DNA from: Octopus sinensis
Lineage: Eukaryota
DNA: 64,000 nt
Direction: 5' to 3'
Assembly: GCF_006345805.1 (NCBI RefSeq)
Contig: NC_043008.1
Coordinates: forward strand, 7,378,001-7,442,000
Part shown: piece by piece, positions 37,816 to 52,569 of the stretch
Numbering within the stretch: the first letter of the stretch is position 1
How the letters are laid out: every line of letters starts with the position of its first letter
The notes under the pieces: model-generated
The model's database searches: none
The model's input: only the letters and a program-made list of their open reading frames with translations
Told to the model about the DNA's origin: nothing
Position numbers and translations under genes: made by a program

Positions 37816-39954
37816 ATTCATATTATATATCAGTATACATAATGTTAATTGTATTCGCACATAAATATGGATACTCTATTACTCTATATGGATATATATA
37901 TGTATAGATATATATATATATATATATTTGTGCGTATATTCATAATTATGTATCAATACACATAATATAAATTGTATTCGCATATAAATATAGTTACTCT
38001 GTACGGATACAAATACATACAAATTATTCACCCACACCACTACCACCACCGACAACAACAAAAGTAGCAGTTATTCAAGAACAAACACCGTATATCGTAT
38101 ATAGTAAACTTCATACCTAGCTTCGCTGGAGCAAACAGAAAGTCAACGGAGATTACAGCAGATGATTAACCACAGGTTAGAAGAAAACACAAAAGCTTTC
38201 AAGAGTGGAGTAAAACATCAAAGTGTTGATGTAAATGTAAAAATGGATCGTGAAAACGGAATGAAAATTTAGGAAATTGCATACACAAAACAGAACAATT
38301 TCAGACATGAATTTTTGGTAAAACTGTCGTAATAAAAAGACGGGGTTAAGGTTATTGAAGTTATTTGAAAATGAGGGAACGGACATGCGTAATGTTTTTC
38401 AAAAATTGGATAGAAACATGACAGATATAGAAGGAGAGCAAAATTATTGCATGATTCTTAAAAGCTGCAGCAAATAAATGCATTATCTGTTTGTGTTGAC
38501 CTGTGTGGAAATTATTAGATTTATTCTATGCACCTCGCCTAAATATATTTTATATATTTTTTGTCTATTTTCTGCCTGACACAGTAATCCACACATACAG
38601 ACATGTATGTGTGTATTCATATATATGGAAGATGTATTTGCGCATTTATGTATATACGTAACGAAAACAATGAAATCACTAAAAGAAATAAGCAACACAG
38701 GATGGACAAGTTTAAACAAATGTACTGTTTTAGCTCTTAAGAAGGGAGAATGTCTAGACATTTTGGACGCTAATCCTTAATCAAATATGTATATATGTTT
38801 GTATATACGTAGGAGTGTTTGGAACCGTTTTTCTGGCAAACATTTTATACTGAAGACAAGACTGTAATCGTGTTTAATCTATTTCGATGAAAGTTGCAAA
38901 ATATTTTCGGAATATGTTTGTTTGTTTGTTTGTTTGTGCATCATTTGGAGTTGTGGAGTTCCTAATTGATTCAACATTTACTCCCGAGCATGGTCTGAAT
39001 GAAATGTTATTAGAAGTTTTATTGGCGAACACACTGGTCTAGTAACTGAGTCAGGTGAAAGTTAAGCTCTGGTTACATTGATTTTATTCATGCTTGTAAC
39101 TTCAGACTCTTGATCATTTTGCTATAAATCAATCTTAATAGTTTATCTTTCCACCTTTTTCGTTTTGAAAAACTTCAATTTTATATCGAGAATTTGCTGC
39201 AGTGTGAAATATACTTTCGTGACTGATCAGAAAAATTTGCATTTTTGTGACTTCTCTAACATTTTCATGACGACATTTACCACTTTCCGGTTTCCTTTGT
39301 GGTTTCATGTTTACGAGAAGGTTTCTTATATTGGTGTTTTAATAATATATACTAGTGTATTTGTCGGTCGATGTGATATATTAGTTTGTTCTGTTTCATC
39401 TGTTTTAATGATAGATTCAGCCCTTCTCTAACTACAATACATTTCGTTCAAATTGCATTGTATATGTGAGATTTGAGAGGTTTTATGCTATGTCGTATCT
39501 GTTTTGTCTGTGAGGGTGAATTTGTCATTGCCTCTTTTTGTGTTCTTCGTCTAATAATCTTTCCGGTATCTCTCACATACGTATGTACATATGCATATAC
39601 CTCCCTCACTTGTCTCCTTTTCACTGTATGCACAGAGAGAAAGAGAGAGTGTCAGGGAGAGAGTGTCATATAGAGTTTGGTAAATATTTAGCGCTTGATG
39701 AAGAGAAATAAAGAGCAGTAGCATTGATAATCTAAAAGCTGAGTTATTTCAGGTAGCAAATTATATTGTTTAATTAATTTATAACCGAAATCCATGTCGA
39801 TGGTACGCAAATGTCGAAAAACAGATCCTTCTCCCACGAGGATGCACCGTTTCGGAGGTTTTCCGTGACATTTAAAAATACACTACCATGCATTGTTATA
39901 TATATATGGGTGCGCGCGCGTGTGCGTATGTGTATATGAGCGTGTGTGTGTTTG

Positions 39955-40022
<68 letters not shown>

Positions 40023-40094
40023 GTATGTAAGTATGTATATATATAAATGTATATGTATGTGCATGAAAGTCTCTCTCTCCCCTCTCTCTCTCTC

Positions 40095-40139
<45 letters not shown>

Positions 40140-40142
<3 letters not shown>

Positions 40143-40209
40143 ATAATATTATTAGAGACAAAACCACTATTTTGCAAAATAGTGGTTTTGTCTCTAATAA
40201 TATTATATA
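40140..40209. repeat. Perfect 70-bp palindrome built from the 5' end of repeat X
   Basis: 35 of 35 base pairs checked by hand, centred between g40174 and c40175, no loop. Confidence 0.95.
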
Positions 40210-40281
40210 ATATTTTACTATAAAATTGGATTTAATCCTAAATCTGATTTTTTTCCCTGTAAATTTGGATTTATTCCCTAA

Positions 40282-40320
<39 letters not shown>

Positions 40321-42854
40321 GCCTATGGTGAGCTTATTTATTCTGAAAACGTTATGATGCTGTGAACTTTAACCACAGGAAGAGTTCCTGGTCTGAATTG
40401 ATCTATCTCATATATGTAGTAAAGAACACCAAATGACAGGTGACAGTGTTTATCCTTGTAACCGATTGCTCTAACATACGTTAATTAGTGTGATTGGCTT
40501 CCACAGAGCTTTTGTCCAGCAGTTGCCACTCACACAGTTCTTACGTTGTCCTAAGGCTTCTGTACCATTCACATGCTTCAAATACTGAACGGTAGGACTA
40601 GACCAAAAGTTATTTACATGCGAACGAACTTATAAACTACACAGCTGTATACTGCATAAGGCTGGACATTATTTTAATCTTTAAGCACCATTTTATTCAC
40701 AGAACAATAAATCATTCACATGCGCTGCAAGAATTCGATAACTATGTTGCAACCACAGCATTTTTAGTTTTGGTTTATGTTAGCTTCAATTAATAAACAT
40801 CTAGATTTGGGGGTGAAAAACTTATTTATAAGATAGTCTTGTTATCAACTCAGATTTTTTTAATTTCTAGTTTTATTTTAGTTGTGTAATATTATGCATT
40901 ACAATTATTACTTTTTGTATATATTAATACATAGTGCGAAATGTCGAAAAATAACATAGTTGTATGTAAAATATAATAGTCAGAGTTATGAACTGTACAG
41001 CTTTCATGTTTGCTTATGAATTTGTAAATGACAGTCATCTGAAATTTATTTAGAGGCTTGCAGGCTAATGGATTTTTATTCAGGAGGAAATGTTAACTTC
41101 TTTACAATGCTATTAATGTGATTAATAGAACGATATTAATATGATACACGTTTTGTATTCTCTTTGATGATTTTTTTGAAAAACTAGTCGAGCTGTTTTA
41201 CGACCAGGGTGCAATTGGTCCATATAATTTATTTTATGTATGGTTTGGTGGGTTTTCTTGGGAGTTGTTCGGTCAGAATATATTTACCCTGTTGAATTTG
41301 TGTATTTTTCTTTAGATAAGTCTCCTAAAATATATGTATAATCATTTTTCATTGCCGTTTGTTTTATTCTACTAATGTTGTGCTATTTTGCTGCGGCCGT
41401 TTTATAGGCTCTTCTGAATAAGAATTTATAAATCACATTTTATATCAATGTCGATATTCACAATGTTCATGCATGTAGTGGCATTTATAGGTGTTTTAGT
41501 GTATACTGCTCCAATACAAATATTCTTCTTATGTTACATTTACAAATCAAAAATGGGATGGTTATCTGAGTAAACTTTAAGGAGCATAAGGTTATTTTGT
41601 ATGTTAAGTTTTATTGTCTGCCTTGCAATTGACCAACCTTGAATTCTTCCTCAACCTGCATGGTGTACATTGCAGGTTTGTATTTTCTGAAGACTTTATA
41701 GTTTACCATAGTTATATAGAACTTCACAGGTGTGCATCTCGGTATATATAAACTAAGCCTATATCTTTCTTCTTATTAAAATGCTAGATGGATTAATTAT
41801 AACACCAATAATCACAAACAAATATTGTCGTCACTACACCAAATTGTATCTATCCACTTGTATCTATGTATGTGATTGCATTTTCGTGTGAATACTCCTG
41901 TGTGATGGGTTAGCTTTTAACCAATTATTACTTAATGAGTAAAACCATTACAGGTCGGGTGATGGTGGAAGGCTTAGATGTTTAAGTCTCCGTCGATCCA
42001 GATTTCAATATCTCAAATTTTAGCAACGGTTCCTTTACTTAATTTTCTTTATTATTTGCAGAGTTCATTAGCTTATTTTTCGTTATAAGTATGCAGTGCA
42101 AATTAAAATGAAATATGCTCTGTTAAATGCTTGTACAGGTTCTGGGGTATTATCTTGAGATCATTTGGAGATATGGTTTAATAGCTATATCCCTTTGGTA
42201 CTGTTTTCTGTAATCGACATTTCAAAGAAATTTCATTCGTTTCAGGAATGATTGAAATAAAATGCATGAATAAATACAGGTAAGCATAGTGTATTTAATT
42301 CACCATCTTAGATTTTCAAGAGCTTGCAAATACTTCATTACAAAACAACTGTCACAGGGATAAGTTTCGATGTAGCAAGAATCCAAATAGTATCTGCTGT
42401 CAACGGGCTTAAGACCGCATCTCGACTTGAAGCCAAAAGGTTTTTTTTAAACTCTAAGTGGCAAATATATCCAACACTTATTGTCGGTTCCAGAATGGAG
42501 ATGTCTCGAGGTAAAATGGTGTGCCACTGCTCTTTTCACATCATCATAATTTTAGTACTTCAGCCGTGGGGCTTCTTATTTATTTTCATCAAAAGTAACT
42601 TAACTACTGTTGTGAGTAACTACACATTAGTGATTAAAAGATGGGGGTCACATCCTGATCAAGTGGGAATTCAGTCGTGTTAGAGATTGCTTTGAAGAAA
42701 TTTAGCAGAAGAGTTTATCGCGGTTGATCAATGGAATGATATATGTATTTTTTATTGAAATATATATTTTGTTTTATCTCATTCACTAATCTTATATGCT
42801 ACGTTAATTAAACACACCGTTACTTTGAAGTTATATGTATATATATGTATATAT

Positions 42855-42916
<62 letters not shown>

Positions 42917-43128
42917 TATATATGTACATATATATATATATACATATGTATATATTTATATATACATATATATGTATATGTATATATATATACATATATA
43001 TATGTATATAAATATATTCATATATATATATATGTACATATAGGTATAAATATATATATATATGTTAATATATATACATATATATACATAATATGTACAT
43101 ATATATATATATCTTAATATATATATAT

Positions 43129-43172
<44 letters not shown>

Positions 43173-43706
43173 CTATGTGTGTGTGTGTGTATGTGTTCTC
43201 GAACATTCATCATACACACATCAATATGCATATAAAAGGGGTTCAAATATTGATATCTGAGAAAGGGTTCAAAATATGATAAAAGTTTATACTGATATAT
43301 TTTTGCTTAAACGAAGCAAGTTTAATCTCTAACATAAGGGGTAACTTTATTCTATGTATTTATATATTCGGAAAAAAGAATACATTTTCACATAAAAAGT
43401 GTTTACGTAAAACTATATTAAAAACATATTGTTGTATATACTCACAACGTATGACGTAAATAACACAAGTAGTAGAGAGGGAGAGAGAGAGAGAGATAAA
43501 GAATAGAAGAGAAATAGAAGAGACAAAGGATCATATAATATTTCCAATCTTTCTCATGAGTAAAGACATAATGGGGAGACATTTATATGTTACAGCCCAA
43601 AAAGTGTTTGTAATATAACTGATCAGGATATCAGATGTAATATCAGCGACACTGCTAATCAAAGGTTTAGATGACACATTCACAATATCTAAGGATTCAT
43701 ATATAT

Positions 43707-43753
<47 letters not shown>

Positions 43754-43959
43754 ATATATATATATATATATATACAATATATATATATATACAAAATATA
43801 TATATATATACAAAATATATATATATACAAAATTTAGAATATCTACCTGGAAGATGTGTCGAAACGCTCAGAACTCGAGGAATGCGTCTGAACCAAAAAA
43901 AAAAAAACACGTTAATGAAGACGGGTTATCTCCTCTGAATCAGACTGGGGCAAAAAAAA

Positions 43960-44870
43960 ATGACCTTGTAGCAAACGAGAAAACCTAATTTTCCATTAAG
44001 TAGCGATTGAAGCGGATAAATTTACAAATCACTCTTTACAGCTTTTTAATGCTCTACGTTTCTTATAGTCCTTAAGAATTATGGCTCTCCGCGATGCAGA
44101 TCTTGCAACGGATACTTCCATTAATTTACGGGTCCGGATTATGAATTAATTTTGACCTGACATCACATGGGGTCCTTTGATTTTTGAGGTGCCATACATG
44201 GCGGGTCAGGGACGTAACAAGCCGTCTTTCTGGGATCCTGAAGCATGACTGGTGGTTGAGAAAACGTCGCTTGAACGAAGTATTCGCAGAATCAATATAT
44301 TTACACACATTGGATGTGGCTCTGTTCGCAATCCTGGTAACATATGACGCGGTGCCGGTCATCCCATCGGTGTCGAAGATAGATATTTTATCATCTTTTG
44401 AGATGGCAGAACTTGGAAGGGCGGATACCCCCTCCAAGTCGCTGGTCCTAGATAGGTCGTTATTTCTAGGTGTGACGTTTGCACTTGTGACAACACACAT
44501 TGCGGGCCTGGTTACTCTATCTCTGTCTATGTTTTGTTCATTATCCCTGGCGGTGTACCGGGGTTTCCTGCGATGCTCTCTGTGAAGCTGGTCCCAGACT
44601 GGTCATTATCTCTGGGCGAGGCAATTGTGCTGGCGTGAGAACTGGTTAATCTGCTAATAATATTGCTGATTGATGGCGCATTACAGTTATTGCATATATC
44701 GGGTCTAGGTATCAACATAGCCTCATAGATAACTCCTCTAGCCTCACATAAGCATTATATATATATCCAGCAGTTATTATATATCCTGCAAGAGCAAGCT
44801 GTCTCCTCCCTTGTATTGTGAGGGTTTCTTTATGTTAGGTGCATAACAAAAGCAAACACGTTGATTATGT
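43960..44870 (-). pseudogene. Decayed Penelope-like element, GIY-YIG endonuclease region
   Basis: Minus-strand frames give CYAPNIKK, HN...CSCRIYNNC...CL.EARGVIYEAM, KYIDSANTSFKRRFLNHQSCF...SLTRHVWHLK, NGSIRCKICIAE; stops and frameshifts present. Confidence 0.7.
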
Positions 44871-44933
44871 CTTAAATACATTACCTAAATAATCACTGAA
44901 CTTATTTTGTGTTCATTCATCCTGTTGATTATT

Positions 44934-45008
44934 ATAGTTAATTTTTCCTGATGAATCCCTGCTTACCAGAGACGCCAAGAGGGGAAACAACTTTATATTG
45001 TCGACTAT
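44934..45008 (+). ncRNA. Type I hammerhead-ribozyme-like motif with weakened stem I
   Basis: CUGAUGA 44948-44954, stem II CCCU(G)CUU/AAGAGGG, GAAAC 44984-44988, stem III ACAA/UUGU, GUC 45000-45002. Confidence 0.5.
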
Positions 45009-46922
45009 CTGCTCATGTCTTACATTGTTCAAGTTGTAACTACTTCACACTTATAACGCAGTGTACAATCAAAGACGATTAATGTTCAATAGAAATATAT
45101 TTATATTTTGAACTGCTAGATCTTAAGTAATAATCTACAGATGGCTTCTTGAAAAATCTTATAATGTACAATTCGATCGATTTATTGCAGGTAAAATACC
45201 AATTGTAGAACCACACATTTTTCAAATACTCAGACAGACTGGTTCGGGAAAACGTTCACAACGTTTTTAACTACTATTCATTGTGTTTCATCTTTCTAAG
45301 AAATAAGTTACTGCATAGTCTGAATTGTGTCCAGAATTTGAATATATCTTGATTAAATAATCCAATTTTCGCAATTTACCGATAGAAGAAGAAAAGAAAT
45401 ACTTCAAAACCACACTCACTCGCTAATGCTTGTAAACAAAATAGAGCCAAACCCGTGGCAGGCGTTTTAGAATCTTTTCTTAACGTGAAGTGTTAAGTCA
45501 TAAAATGTCTTCGTCTTTATTTCAAACATGTTTTTGTGCAATTTTGTTGCTCATTTACCCATTGAAGGTCAAAATAATGAATGAAATATATGTTGTGAAT
45601 GACTGCCTTTTCTATATTTCCATAATGAATGGTCGCATAGCCAATGAACACCTGAAGAGATGCAGCAGATGGTGGTTTCCATTTCAAATTAAACTTGATG
45701 GAAAAGTAACTAATTCTCCATGTTGTCATCAATTGTGGTATGAAACCGAAAGAATGACAATAAAATGTACCCCAATATAAAAGCATTGTAAGTTTTAACA
45801 TGATAAAATGCATATTTGTTATCATTTGAAGAACGGTAGGTGTATGGTGCTGGCAAAAGGGTAAAAAAAGATGGCACCATGTCCAAAGAGAGCAATAACA
45901 TTTGTTATATTTCGGCGTTTTCTCGTCATATACGATAGGCAACTTCAGCACAAAAATAAAATCCAAAAATTAAATTAGGTTCGTATACGTAATGATTTTA
46001 CTTAAAAATCGTTGGAACAAACATTGATGAAAACCATGACGTATAGGAATCTTTCACCTGTTGAAGAGTGTCTTTATGTCATAAAGAATTGCCGGAGAGG
46101 CTACAACTATTAACCCTCAATATCATGATATTAAACGGTTAATCTGAACAGAACAGCAAAAAAAAAAAAGGGGCTCAACAAAGCTTTCAGTTATCCACGA
46201 GTTGGATTGCATATCGAAGAAGTTACGAACCTAAAATAGTGGTGCCTTGATCTTATTTCTAGAATTAAAAATATCTCATCATCCGTAGGTAAATTATGAA
46301 AATCGATGATAAAATTTCAATCCCCACAGACTTTACATAGCAAAAAATTTTAAGAAGGGACACTCGATATCTGAATTCACTTTGCAAGAGCAGAATGTAT
46401 CAGGAGAAATTTTTGGATAAATTCATCCGCTTCGTCGAGAAAGAATAAAATGTTATGGGATTTTAATCTTTGTGTGAGGAAGTAAGGTATTCAGAATGTG
46501 ATTCTATGTTTTAATCGTTGGCAAAAAAATAAATGAAGAAAGAATTTATGTGCAGCTTTGATTCGAGAAGTGAGGACGGAGGGAAAGTATATGAGGCACA
46601 CCAGATACGTGACTAGTATTCTCAACATTATCACTCTCATGATTTAACATCGTCCTTATAATTTTCCGTCTCCCCTTCTTTTTCCAACGTCCACCTCTCC
46701 TTTTCGTCCCCCTCCTCCACATCGACATCATATTCACTCAACTACAGAAAATCATTATAAACATTTTTGCTATGCATCGCAAAGCATGATTTAGCGCCAA
46801 TAAGACGTAACGAAGTTTGCTAATAGCATCTATTTTTCGTATTTGGCCTGTCACTTTATTCTAAAGAATATTGTTTTCTGTATAGTAATATGTAGTGGTA
46901 TCAATCGGTATAAAAAATAATA

Positions 46923-48308
46923 TATGGCTTTCGCTGTGGCAGGGACTGTCTAACACAGCTCTTACACCACATTGAAGATGTACTCAAAGCCTTGGGAACA
47001 GGTTCGAACTCTGACGTCATATACCTTGACTTCAGTAAAGCGTTCGACAGGGTAGACCATAACATCCTACTCTCAAAATTGGCAAATGTTGGAATCCGTG
47101 GAAAAGTTCTACACTGGATTCAGTATTTCCTAGCGGATAGAACACAACATGTTGTAGTTGATGGAGTCCACTCAAACCCGCAAAAGTCACCAGCGGTGTT
47201 CCCCAGGGAACTGTTTTGGGTCCGCTACTCTTCATAATTTATGTAAACGACCTTTCCAGTGTCGTACATCACTGCAAAGTGAAAATATTCGCTGATGACA
47301 CTAAGCTCCAGCAAATCGTCAATGAAGAAGCAGACCGAACTCAACTCCAGTCTGACCTATATGCTGTGAGTCAATGGGCAGACAGAAACAAAATGCAACT
47401 GAATGAGTGAAAATTTGAGCTGATGCATTTTGGAAGAAATTCCTCACTAAAACAACCATACTCTCTTCCTTCAGGGGAACCGCTCACAGCCTCCAACAAT
47501 ATCAGAGACCTGGGTGTAATTGTTGATGACGATCTCAGTTGGAGTGCACACATCAACAAGAAGGTCGATACAGCTCGTAGGATGAGTTCCTGGATCTTAA
47601 GAACTTTCCGGTCCAGAGAACAAGGTGTCATCATACCACTTTTTTCATCCTTTGTACGGCCACACCTTGAATACTGCTGCCCACTGTGGTCTCCTCACAC
47701 AAGACAAAACATCTCCAGAATTGAGTCACCCCAGAGGGCTCTTACTAAACAAATTGAAGGCATGGCTGCTCTCGACTATTGGGATCGCCTTAAAGCCTTG
47801 AAACTTTACTCCCTACAGCGTCGCCGTGAGCGGTACATCATTTGTACGATGTGGAAAATATACCGCCAACTTTGCCCAAACGACCTAAACATTAGCTTCA
47901 AGGTTCATCCGAGACTTGGACCACGGGCTATACGTCCCCTGCCAAATTCAAGATCACAACATACATGTACACTGCAACATAATTTCTTTTCCTCAACAGG
48001 CCCTGCCCTATTTAACATTGTCCCGAGGGAGATCAAAGGGGAAAAGGATCCCATCAACTTCAAACAGAGTCTGGATAGATTCCTTCAAAGAATACCAGAC
48101 AAGCCACCCATAATTGGATACAACTCACCCAACAAGAACTCACTACTTGAACAAAACTGGATACAACTCACCCAACAAGAACTCACTACTTGAACAAAAC
48201 TTGACTTAAACAGGATTCGAATAATCCTATCAGGTGGTGCTATTAAGTTAGACATGGCCTGGACCAATCTCTGGTCGAAACATATCTAAGTTTTATCTAA
48301 GTTTTATA
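46923..48308 (+). mobile_element. 5'-truncated CR1-clade LINE of a second family (RT plus C-terminus; one frameshift and one premature stop)
   Basis: [67 protein letters not shown]; tail repeat atctaagtttt twice. Confidence 0.92.
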
Positions 48309-49369
48309 TCCCATCGTCTGATTGGGTATAATTGAAAATTATTTTTTGTTTTGTGTGTTTGTATTTAACAATAATAGTATTTTTAAGCATGTTATATGAT
48401 TAACAGAATATCAAACAAAACCTTATTGTAATGACGTGAGTTTACAGAATATGGCTATTGGTTAAATGTAAGATATCTGCCATCTTATGTCGGTGATGTA
48501 GTTGATGGACACACTGTCAGTATATCAGTCGATAGACATAAATATCAGTAGAATAATATAGGAACATAGTACACCAACCACCAACCACACAACAGTAATA
48601 GCGTTTAAAGAACTCAGTAAACCATTATTGTAAAATATATTTCCCGTTTGCCGACAGTGTTTTGGTATTTTGTGAAATGATTTCGGTAAAACATATTCTA
48701 ATCTTAAATGTGAACATCAGTATATATTCTCCAACATACTACAAAATTATACTTATTCGTGAATTAATAGCTTTTGATATCTTAGTAGGACTTTTGATTA
48801 ATAACAAACTATATATATATCCATTGCTGCTACTTACCAAGTATAAGTAAATATTTAAATCAAATTCGCCCTAGATGTTCGAAGAAGTTCAACAATTAAT
48901 GCGTTAGACGTTTTGCAAATTTTCACCAAATAGATTTATTAAAGTTGTTTATCAATTTTCCGGGGAAGATTTATCGAACTCGGCTTCAATATAGAAATAG
49001 TAATTTTACAAAATTGAAGAATTAATTTTACTAGAGCTCTGAGTAAGATTGCATTAGTGACACTGTTTATATGACATGATTTACGTGACACAGATGTTGA
49101 TATTGAAGTTAATGTTTGACGACTGGCGCCAGACATTTCTTCATCTTATATCAAAGATTGTTTATTACTTGTCTTTCACTGTCAAGCTAATTTCTTTTAA
49201 TACGTATTTAAATTATCTATTATCAGATAAACTTTCACTGCAACTAGTGCTCATATCAGTTGTGTTAAGGTAATACCGACAACAACACTGATAAATATTA
49301 CAATAGTGACGAGGCTGATTACTTTAATTTGCCACAGGACTCTCGTTTGGTGGGGACTCTACAAAGACA

Positions 49370-49456
<87 letters not shown>

Positions 49457-50329
49457 AGGGGTGTGGAGATTACGTAAAATGAAACGATTAAAGAAAAATA
49501 AAGAATTATATAAAAACATACTTAGTATACAAATATAGCTGATACATGATTGATTCAGTGTGTAGGAAAAATTTAATTATTATAATTAGGGAGACACACA
49601 GATTAAAGCTTCCCCTGAACATGCAGAACAAGTGAAATTTCCTATCTGTTGTTCTCTGATCTAGGGGCACGCAAAAACAGAGTAGATACAGGCACATCCA
49701 TTTTGTTTTTACCAAATTCAATAATAATGGGTGCGGCACCATTTTAAATATTCACCAATGTTTAGCAGCGAATACTTAGATCAGATACATGTTCCAAAGC
49801 AGCAGATGTGAAATACATGACTTAAAGCAGCAGATGTGAAACTAGCAAGAATTATCTCCAATAACAAAATACCAGCGGAAATATCTTGCTCTATATCTTG
49901 ACATTTGCGGGCCGAAATAGAATTTGGATACATTGTAGTGATGGACAAAATGAAGGAAAATTTTAAAGCATCTACACTTCATTAACGTATCGAAGTCTTT
50001 GCTCCCTTTTCAATCCTGACTTACGATTCCGAAAACTTTCCCGGCACAAACATCAGAAATGATATTCTCCTGCAACGATTTTCTTTCTTTTTCTTTTTTA
50101 AATCTCCAGTACGAAATCTAGTAATTGATAATCTCTCAGTAGATCCTGTATAAGGTGTACTAAGTGCTAGGTCTTAGTTTCCATTATCTCTCGTTAATAT
50201 CGCACTTAGATGTTGGTAATCATTCGAGTTATTATTGCATTAGCTGTCAACAGGCGCACACCAAACCGCTCACACAAACAAATAGTATACATGAATACAT
50301 ATGTACATATATTCACACAACACATACAC

Positions 50330-50342
50330 ACAGTAATATATA

Positions 50343-50396
<54 letters not shown>

Positions 50397-50397
50397 C

Positions 50398-50436
<39 letters not shown>

Positions 50437-50453
50437 AATATATATATATAAAT

Positions 50454-50504
<51 letters not shown>

Positions 50505-50703
50505 CACACATATATATACACATACACACATATATATATGCATATATATATATGTATATATATATGTGTGTATGTATATAAATATATATATATTATATAT
50601 ATACATACATATATATATACATATATATATATATACATATATATATATCATACATATATATACATATATATATACAATATATATATATATACATATATAT
50701 ATG

Positions 50704-50741
<38 letters not shown>

Positions 50742-50880
50742 CATATATGTATATATATGCACATATATATATATATATATATATTGTCTGTAGGAGCATT
50801 TGTGTGTGCGCATGTATCTATGTATGTATACATGCACAAATATATATATATATGTTGATGTGTGTGTGTGTATACATGCA
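50330..50880. repeat. Long interrupted (TA)n/(CA)n tract
   Basis: Visible run. Confidence 0.95.
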
Positions 50881-51333
50881 CAAAGATGTGTTCAAGTGTG
50901 TGCATGACGACCTGGAAGATAAATGTTTGTTTGTTCTGCGCAGTAAACTTTCCCAGTGATTTTATGTGTGATTACACAATGCTGGTTAATAATGCCCTCT
51001 CTGCATCCTGAAATTCTGTCTGGCAATGACAATACGATACATTACATTTCTATGCAACCATATTAAATGCTAACATTTTATCCTACGCAAACGCACGCCC
51101 ATCACCGCAAGAAAAAACACACGCACGTATCATACATAGTGGCATATATACACATCAGCAAAGGCAGTTTCAGTCACTTGCTCAGAATCAAACTCATACA
51201 CACAACACACACACACACACAAACATACAGAGATGCCCCTACAAACAGATACACACAATCAGATACCGCATTATATATGTAGGCGTGTGTGTATATGTAT
51301 ATATATATGTAGGCGTGTGTGTATATGTATATA

Positions 51334-51387
<54 letters not shown>

Positions 51388-51576
51388 AATATATGTATGC
51401 ATATATATATATGTGTATATATATATAAATGCATATATACACATATATACATACATATATGTATTTGTATATTTTTATATATATGCGTGTATATATATAA
51501 TATATATATATATACATATATATATCTATCTATCTATATATATATATATATATTATATATATATATATATATATAT

Positions 51577-51619
<43 letters not shown>

Positions 51620-51962
51620 ATATGTAAGTGTATGTGCGTGTGTGTGCACTAGTGTATGCATGTATGTCTGTATGCCTAACGTATGATTAATGTATGTCTA
51701 AATGTACAGTGTATTTCCTGCACGCATTCAAGAATGAATGTCAGTTTTGTGACCTTTGTTGATTAAGGGTTCTCTCATTCACTGCATTCTCCGATCAGCC
51801 CTATTGACATTTGCAACAGAAGAGTTGAGCCAATTCCTGTAATGAATCTCAATCGAAGCACGTTACTTATTGTCTGTCTTACTACAGAGCTTTCAGTGGT
51901 TTTGAAATTTTGCCCCCTGAGCCTTAAGCCTCTTGTTCAAAGCAGTATATATATATGGAGGG

Positions 51963-51969
51963 ATTATTC

Positions 51970-52013
<44 letters not shown>

Positions 52014-52155
52014 TTTCTTCTTCTTCTTCTTCTTCTTCTTCTTCTTCTCTTCTTCTTATTGGTTCTTCTTCTTTTTTCTTCTTCTCTTTGCTTCTTCTTC
52101 CTTTTCTTCTTCTTCTTCTTCTTCTTCTTCTTCTTCTTTTCCCCCCTAGAATTAA

Positions 52156-52193
<38 letters not shown>

Positions 52194-52283
52194 CAAATCA
52201 CAATAATAAATACAAAGATACAATTAATAAGAAAATGTTTAAAAACAGTAATATCAACAATAATCCGAAAATAAGGAACAATG

Positions 52284-52356
<73 letters not shown>

Positions 52357-52448
52357 ACCAATAATTATAATAATATCAATAATAATGATGATGATGATGA
52401 TAATGATGATGATAACACACCACAACAAACACGATAAACAATTAATAA

Positions 52449-52494
<46 letters not shown>

Positions 52495-52537
52495 TAATAA
52501 TAATAATATAATAATCATAATAATAATAATAATAATA

Positions 52538-52569
<32 letters not shown>

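Noticed and set aside
43531-43690. Possible additional Penelope C-terminal relic (LCL...MERLEIL after a frameshift)
   Set aside because: Needs several assumed indels; too short to support
43845-43875. cctggaagatgtgtcgaaacgctcag as a hammerhead
   Set aside because: Core is not CUGANGA without deleting a base, and stem II would be only 2 bp
44184-44585. 133-aa plus-strand ORF
   Set aside because: Antisense to the GIY-YIG-bearing frame
45490-45966. Overlapping 96- and 149-aa ORFs in unique sequence
   Set aside because: AT-rich composition typical of non-coding frames; no domain recognised
27573-51330. Short local duplications at ~27573 (about 31 nt), ~30551 (20 nt), ~49795 (18 nt) and ~51272 (30 nt)
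   Set aside because: Ordinary slippage products with no further structure
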